Below are positions 58,807 to 64,000 of a stretch of DNA of 64,000 nt, piece after piece. Position numbers and translations under genes: made by a program. The stretch comes from Planctomycetota bacterium (lineage in GTDB: Bacteria > Planctomycetota > UBA1135 > UBA2386), in NCBI GenBank assembly GCA_965228735.1, contig OZ245838.1, positions 4,320,001-4,384,000 on the forward strand. The letters run 5' to 3'. Every line of letters starts with the position of its first letter. The stretch's first letter is position 1. Under the pieces are notes generated by a model, which was not told the origin of the DNA, did not search any database, and worked only from the letters and a program-made list of their open reading frames with translations.

Positions 58807-59810
58807 GCCGCCCCACCGCCGTTCTGTTGTGCCCCGGTCGCGGGGCCTACACGCGCGAAGAGCTCGGCTTCCTCGGTCGCACCGTTGCACCCGGTCCGGT
58901 GCAGGACGCGCTGACCGCGAGCGACGAAGCGCGACGCGCAACGGGCCGACCACCGCTGAGCGAGATCGACGCAGCCGAGAAGTTCCGCCCCGGCCTGCAC
59001 CTCGACGGCGAGAACGCGGCCGAGCTCATCTACTTCTCGACGATGGCGCACGTCGAGCAGCTGCGCGAGCGCTACGACATCCTGGCGGTCTCCGGCAACT
59101 CGCTCGGCTGGTACACCGCGCTGCCGGCGAGCGGCGCGCTCGACCCGACCGCGGGCTGGCGACTCGTGAGCACGATGGCCGCGCTGCAGAAGGAGGTCGC
59201 GGGCGGGCAGCTGCTGACGACGGCCGTCGACGAGCAGTGGCGTCCCGACCTGAAGGCGCGTTCCACGATCCGCGAACTGCTCGTCGAACTCGACGACCGG
59301 GGACCGGAATGGGCCTGCGACTACAGCATCCACCTCGGCGGTCACATCGTGCTCGCGGGCACGGACCGCGCGATCACGGAGTTGCTCGACCGTCTGCCGA
59401 AGCACAAGGTCGGCGCGCGCGAGTTCCCGTTCCGCCTCGCGGGTCACGGCCCGTTCCATACGCAGCTCTGTCAGCCGACATCGGACGCCGCGGCCGAGCG
59501 CCTCGCGGACCTGCCGATCCAGCAGCCGCGCTGTCACCTCATCGACGGCTTCGGCAACGTGCACTCGCCGTGGTCGGCCGACCCGCGCGAGCTGCTCTAC
59601 TACACGACGCACGAGCAGGTCGTCGACACGTTCGACTTCACCGCGTGCGTGCGGACCGCGATGCGCGAGTTCCAGCCCGACGTGCTCCTGTGCGCGGGTC
59701 CGGGATCGTCACTGCGCGCGCCCGTCGGCCACTGCGTCGTCGCGGAAGGCTGGCGCGGCGTGAACGACAAGGACGCGCTCTTCGCGAGCAACCTCGTCGC
59801 CATCGACTGA
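58803..59810 (+). CDS. FabD-like ACP S-acyltransferase
   Basis: ATGA-coupled to E1; CPGRG, nucleophile motif GNSLG, GPFHT, GPG. Confidence 0.8.
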   Translation: MSRPTAVLLCPGRGAYTREELGFLGRTVAPGPVQDALTASDEARRATGRPPLSEIDAAEKFRPGLHLDGENAAELIYFSTMAHVEQLRERYDILAVSGNSLGWYTALPASGALDPTAGWRLVSTMAALQKEVAGGQLLTTAVDEQWRPDLKARSTIRELLVELDDRGPEWACDYSIHLGGHIVLAGTDRAITELLDRLPKHKVGAREFPFRLAGHGPFHTQLCQPTSDAAAERLADLPIQQPRCHLIDGFGNVHSPWSADPRELLYYTTHEQVVDTFDFTACVRTAMREFQPDVLLCAGPGSSLRAPVGHCVVAEGWRGVNDKDALFASNLVAID

Positions 59811-59812
59811 CC

Positions 59813-59834
59813 GCGCTGGCGGTACCGCCAGCGC
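59813..59834. terminator. Perfect 22-bp palindrome between convergent genes
   Basis: GCGCTGGCGGTACCGCCAGCGC. Confidence 0.45.
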
Positions 59835-60350
59835 TCACCCGACCCCGTAGCGCTCGCGCAGCACCTCGAGGTGATGCAGTTCGTGCCCGGCGATCATCCA
59901 CGGCAACGCGCGCACGCTGACCGGTGACCCATTGGCCGTGCCGCGGCGCTCCCACGCCGCGGCGTCGAAGCCCTCGAACAGCGCAATCGTCGCGCGCCGC
60001 ACCGCGAGGAACTCCTGCAGCACGTCGGCGAGCGGCCGCGTGTCGCTGCCGTCCTGCGCGGCGTAGGCGTTCTCGTCGAAGCCCGGCAGCGGAGCCGTGT
60101 CGCCGCGCGCGATGCACATCGCGCGATAGCAGAACATCCGCTCGCTGTCGCTGAGGTGCTGCAGCAGCCGCTTCACCGACCACTTGTCGTCCGCGTAGGC
60201 GTGGTCGCCCTGCTCCTCGGTGACGCCCTCGAACAGCGCCTCGGATCGTTCGGCCTGCGCCCGCAGCCGGGCGAGCACGTCGCCGTCCGGGACCTTGCCG
60301 ACGTAGCCGGTGAACATCGGGTCGAACTCGTCGGCGGCGGGACGCTGCAT
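59835..60350 (-). CDS. DinB-family protein
   Basis: YA..KWSVK..LQHLSDSER, LPGFDENAYA, IAGHELHH. Confidence 0.9.
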   Translation of the reverse strand: MQRPAADEFDPMFTGYVGKVPDGDVLARLRAQAERSEALFEGVTEEQGDHAYADDKWSVKRLLQHLSDSERMFCYRAMCIARGDTAPLPGFDENAYAAQDGSDTRPLADVLQEFLAVRRATIALFEGFDAAAWERRGTANGSPVSVRALPWMIAGHELHHLEVLRERYGVG

Positions 60351-60399
60351 GCCACTTCGAATACTCTGCGCCCTTCGCCGCATCCACCCCCAGTCACCA

Positions 60400-60732
60400 A
60401 TGAAGACCTTCGTCTGCGTCCTCTCCGCTGCCGTCGCCGCCGGCCTGTTGACCTATTTCGGGTTCGACGCAATGAACGCGTTCGGCCTCATGAGCAATCG
60501 CGTCCACGTGAACATCAGCGTGTTCATCGGGTTCATCGCGATCCTCGCGTTGCTGGCCGCGCTGCTCGCCGTGACGTTTCGCGGCGCCGTCGCGCGCGCG
60601 GACGACCGACTCGTCGCGCGACTCGAAGCCCGGGTCGCCCAACTCGAGAGCGACGCGGTTGCGGCGGCGCCGCGGCCGACCCCGCCCGCGCAGGGCTCGC
60701 CGGCGGCCGTGCCCCCGCCGCCCCCCGCCTGA
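60400..60732 (+). CDS. Small 2-TM hypothetical protein with Pro-rich tail
   Basis: Two hydrophobic segments and a short coiled coil. Confidence 0.55.
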   Translation: MKTFVCVLSAAVAAGLLTYFGFDAMNAFGLMSNRVHVNISVFIGFIAILALLAALLAVTFRGAVARADDRLVARLEARVAQLESDAVAAAPRPTPPAQGSPAAVPPPPPA

Positions 60733-60735
60733 CGT

Positions 60736-62418
60736 TCAGCGCGCCTCGACGCGCACGGCTGCCGCGACCTTGTCGGGCTCCTTGAACATGCCGTCGTAGT
60801 AGCGCACGAAGCGCTTCGCCTCTTCGGCCTCGACCTCGCGCAGCGCGTCGACCCAGACCGGCGGCACGGGCTGGTAGTAGAGCTGCGCGATCACGCGCAA
60901 CCGGCTGCGGCGCCCCTCGGGCAGCGGCAGGTCGAACTGCACCGTGTCGCTGCCGCCGACGAAGTCCGCGTCCCCGTCGATGCCGACCGGCTGCGTCTCG
61001 CCGACGTGCGGTCCGTCCGCGCGCCAGCCCCTCGGCAGCAGCCGGTTGTCCTTGAGCTTGCGCTTCATCTTCGACAGGTACGTCGTCGGCACGTCATGCT
61101 CGTCGCCGGCGACCATCTCGTAGACGACGACGTCATCCTCCGTGCGCACGGTCTGCACATGCGGGATATTGAGCTCGTCGACGATCTCCTCGAGCCGGCC
61201 GCTGTCCTCGTCGACCGCGCCCGTCTCGAACAGCAGGCGCCGTCCGTTCACCACCTGCACGTGCAGCCACGCGCGGCGCGCCGGATAGCCCGTCGGGAAC
61301 TTGTGGCCCGTGAGGTTCTCGACCGTGATCGCGAAGCGCGCGCGCCCGTCCTCGCGGCGGATCTCCGAGATCGACAGTTTCGCGGTGCGTTCGGCGAGCT
61401 GCTTGCGCGTCGCCGCGGCCATCAGCGCCAGCTTGTCCGGGTCCGCAGTGACGTCGAGCTCCTCCGCGTTCTCCGCGAGGATGTCGAGCATGAACGCGTT
61501 CCCCCCGACGAAGCCGTGACCGCGGTAGCCGTCGCGCACCGCGATGTTGAAGTCCGCGCCCATCGGGCTGCGCGCGATCCGGGCGCTGCCGAGGTCGGGC
61601 ATGTGGCACTGCTGGCACGTGCGACCTTCCGCGTTGTCACCGTCGCCCTCGTTGTTGAACACGCTGTTGCGCCACTCGAGGTAGGGCGTCTGCTCCGGGA
61701 ACGCCGTGCCGGTGTGCTCGGTGAACAGCGTGTGACACGTCGCGCACAGCGCCGAGCTGCTGACGTGCGGCGCGTGCTCCGGCGTGTAGTTCACGAGGTT
61801 CTGCATCGGCCGCACCGCGGGCTCCTCGAACGGGCCGAAGATCGCGCGCCGGTGGTTGAACTCAGGCTGGCCCGACCACGTCGACGGCTCGCCGAGTCCC
61901 GCCGGCGAGATCATGTGACACACCGTGCAGGACACGCTGTCGTCCGCGAAGATGCTGCCGACGACGTCCTTCAACCGCGGCGCGGGCTTGCCGCGTCGCA
62001 CCCGGTCGTGGTGCTCCATCGGCGTGTGGCAGCGCAGGCACAGCTCCTGGATCTGCTCCCCCGCGGCCGCGGTCTCCTTCATGATCTGGGCGCGGAAGTA
62101 GGGGTCGCGGAACGAGTTCGCCATCATCGTGCCCTGCCACGTGCCATACGGCGAGATGTCACCGCCGAGGCGGCCGGTCATCGCCGTCGCGCCGGGGGCG
62201 GGCGTGTGGCAGACCGCGCACTGTTCGGACGTCGTGAAGAAGTCGTCGCGCGCGAGCTCACCGAACGCGTCGCCGAACGGGGCGTGCGGATCCGGCGATT
62301 CGGCGCGTTCTTCGCGTAGCGCGCTCGCCGCGCCGGGTTCGACTGCCGTCGACACGGTGATCGCGCCAATGGCCAACACGGGCAACAGCCAGACGGGCAG
62401 GGTCGAAGTAGCAGTCAT
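60736..62418 (-). CDS. Secreted multiheme c-type cytochrome (5 CxxCH)
   Basis: CAVCH, CLRCH, CTVCH, CATCH, CQQCH; signal peptide; GHKFPTG motif in the C-terminal domain. Confidence 0.9.
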   Translation of the reverse strand: MTATSTLPVWLLPVLAIGAITVSTAVEPGAASALREERAESPDPHAPFGDAFGELARDDFFTTSEQCAVCHTPAPGATAMTGRLGGDISPYGTWQGTMMANSFRDPYFRAQIMKETAAAGEQIQELCLRCHTPMEHHDRVRRGKPAPRLKDVVGSIFADDSVSCTVCHMISPAGLGEPSTWSGQPEFNHRRAIFGPFEEPAVRPMQNLVNYTPEHAPHVSSSALCATCHTLFTEHTGTAFPEQTPYLEWRNSVFNNEGDGDNAEGRTCQQCHMPDLGSARIARSPMGADFNIAVRDGYRGHGFVGGNAFMLDILAENAEELDVTADPDKLALMAAATRKQLAERTAKLSISEIRREDGRARFAITVENLTGHKFPTGYPARRAWLHVQVVNGRRLLFETGAVDEDSGRLEEIVDELNIPHVQTVRTEDDVVVYEMVAGDEHDVPTTYLSKMKRKLKDNRLLPRGWRADGPHVGETQPVGIDGDADFVGGSDTVQFDLPLPEGRRSRLRVIAQLYYQPVPPVWVDALREVEAEEAKRFVRYYDGMFKEPDKVAAAVRVEAR

Positions 62419-62455
62419 CGGGGGCCGAGAGCTTAGCCGTTCTGCGCCGCGACGA

Positions 62456-63658
62456 TCAGCGGAGAACGGCCCGCGTCACGACCTCGCCGATCGCATCGAG
62501 CACGGGGTCGGCCAATTCCTCGTAGGCGTAACGGTCGTCGTTGAGGATGCCGTCGGGATTGGTGTAGAGCACGATCGCGAGGAAGAAGCCGCGGCCCGTG
62601 CGCGTGTCCTCGATGTACGCGTTCTCGGTCGAGAAGCCGTAGGCCCGCCCGATCTTGTCGTAGACCCGCAGGTGTTCCGCCGCCACGACGCGCCGCGCGC
62701 CGCGCAGCACGAACTTGCAGTGGTGGTCCGCGACGCCTTCGAACGACGGGTCCTGCGATTCGCGCGGCAGCTGGCCGAGGGACTGCGCGACGAACGCGCG
62801 CTGCGCGACCGTCAGCTCGGGAAACCCGCGCTTGCCCGTCGCGATGTCCGGCCGCACGACCGCGACGAGCACGTCCTGCAGATCGCGCAGGTCGATCGCG
62901 TTCTTCGGTGCGAACGACATCGGCCCCTCGACCTTCTTGCCGCCGGACATGTAGCCGTCGCCGACCTCGAGATCGTGCCACGCCGAATTGTCGAGCTCGA
63001 TCGGGGTCTCGCGCGCGGGCAAGCCGAACCGCTGCGGACCACGACCGATCGCGACCGGGCGCGTCTGGCGGTTCTCTTCGAGCGTGCGCCACTCGGACAG
63101 CCGGTGCCACAGGCGCGCCGACTCGCAGCCGGCCGCCCACATCGAGCGATTGAGCCGGTCCGCGCCGACGACCTCGATGCAGTGGTTGTAGGCCGCGTTG
63201 TCGCTCACGAGGAACAGCTGCCGCAGCATGTGCGCGACGCTCGGCACGGCGCGTTCCTCGTCGCCGTCGAAGCGCTTCCCGATCGTGAGCGGCGTGTCGA
63301 GCCCGAACGCGGTGCCGTGCTCGGCGTTGATGCGGTTGAGCTCTTGCAGCAACGCGATCGCGCCGCAGAGCTTGATCGAGCTCGCGGGGTAGAAGTACTG
63401 CCCCGGGTCACCGAGCCGCGATCGTCGCAACTCGACCCGGCCGCCCGCGCCAGTGACCGGCTCGGCGACCGGCTCCGCGAGCAGCACGTGCAGGCGATGC
63501 GCCGCCGGGTCCGCGAGGATCGGACCGAGGAGCTCGGCGTGCGCGGACTCCGCGAGCAGCGCCGCGAGATCACGCGAACCCGGATCCTGCGCCGGTGCCA
63601 GAGCAGCGGTCACGGCCATCAGACCGGGGAGGAGGAACGGGCGGGGGCGAGCAACCAC
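62456..63658 (-). CDS. Secreted serine hydrolase (class A beta-lactamase-like fold)
   Basis: SxxK (PASSIK), SDN, KIG. Confidence 0.8.
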   Translation of the reverse strand: MVARPRPFLLPGLMAVTAALAPAQDPGSRDLAALLAESAHAELLGPILADPAAHRLHVLLAEPVAEPVTGAGGRVELRRSRLGDPGQYFYPASSIKLCGAIALLQELNRINAEHGTAFGLDTPLTIGKRFDGDEERAVPSVAHMLRQLFLVSDNAAYNHCIEVVGADRLNRSMWAAGCESARLWHRLSEWRTLEENRQTRPVAIGRGPQRFGLPARETPIELDNSAWHDLEVGDGYMSGGKKVEGPMSFAPKNAIDLRDLQDVLVAVVRPDIATGKRGFPELTVAQRAFVAQSLGQLPRESQDPSFEGVADHHCKFVLRGARRVVAAEHLRVYDKIGRAYGFSTENAYIEDTRTGRGFFLAIVLYTNPDGILNDDRYAYEELADPVLDAIGEVVTRAVLR

Positions 63659-63700
63659 TCCAGCAAGCCTAACCGACGCCCGGCCGGATCCACGGCGGAC

Positions 63701-64000
63701 CTACCGATCGTCGGCGGCGACGGTGCGCATGCCGATGCGCAACGCGGCCAGCATGCGGGCACAGTCGCCGGCCAGCAGCGCGGGCACATCGAGCCAGAGC
63801 CCGGCGAAGACCGCGCTGCGCAGCATCCCGGCCGCGTCTGGCGCGAGCCGTTCGTGGGCGCTGCGGCGCAGGACGAACCAATCGACCGCGGCGTCCTCAC
63901 TGCGCAACACGAGATACTCGCGCACGCCGGCCCGCAGGTAGGCCCGCTTCTGCTGGTGCATGTCGCGGCTCACCGAACTGGCGGCGACCTCGACGAGCAG
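63701..64000 (-). CDS. Uma2-family endonuclease (5' truncated by window edge)
   Basis: LLVEVAASSVSRD...KRAY.RAGVREYLV, LRSAVFAGLWLD. Confidence 0.85.
   Translation of the reverse strand: MLVEVAASSVSRDMHQQKRAYLRAGVREYLVLRSEDAAVDWFVLRRSAHERLAPDAAGMLRSAVFAGLWLDVPALLAGDCARMLAALRIGMRTVAADDR

Noticed and set aside
62456..63658. Beta-lactam resistance gene
   Set aside because: Fold motifs only (SxxK, SDN, KIG). It is much longer than and divergent from true class A enzymes, so activity cannot be claimed.
63701..64000. Uma2 nuclease as restriction partner of the methyltransferase
   Set aside because: It lies about 9 kb away, and Uma2 genes are commonly stand-alone.

Overview
High-GC (visually about 70%) bacterial chromosomal window, gene-dense. 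A Planctomycetota-type origin is inferred, not proven, from the HEAT+vWA, VIT+vWA, prenyltransferase-repeat, carboxypeptidase-regulatory-repeat and ECF/anti-sigma proteins. In order it holds: a flagellar operon (flgA-H-I-J-N-K-L plus two coupled extra genes); etfBA; a prfB-purH-yggS-nth-radical SAM operon, with the classic RF2 +1 frameshift; an ECF sigma/anti-sigma pair; several secreted proteins; a CCA-type nucleotidyltransferase; pepP with an AlkZ-like gene; a lower-GC minus-strand island (about 38.8-44.8 kb); metabolic genes; an orphan DNA methyltransferase; a fused 2-oxoacid dehydrogenase E1 with a FabD-like gene; a pentaheme cytochrome; and a Uma2 fragment. Best leads: (1) a secreted thioredoxin-HEAT protein split by an in-frame UGA in a UxxC motif, probably a selenoprotein; (2) an island cassette of minimal ECF-like sigma, then a C10 tract, then a 10-Cys secreted peptide and a membrane-anchored partner; (3) a three-copy REP/REPIN-like palindromic element. 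No tRNA, rRNA, CRISPR array or transposase was recognised. All product calls come from motif recognition by eye, with no database searches.
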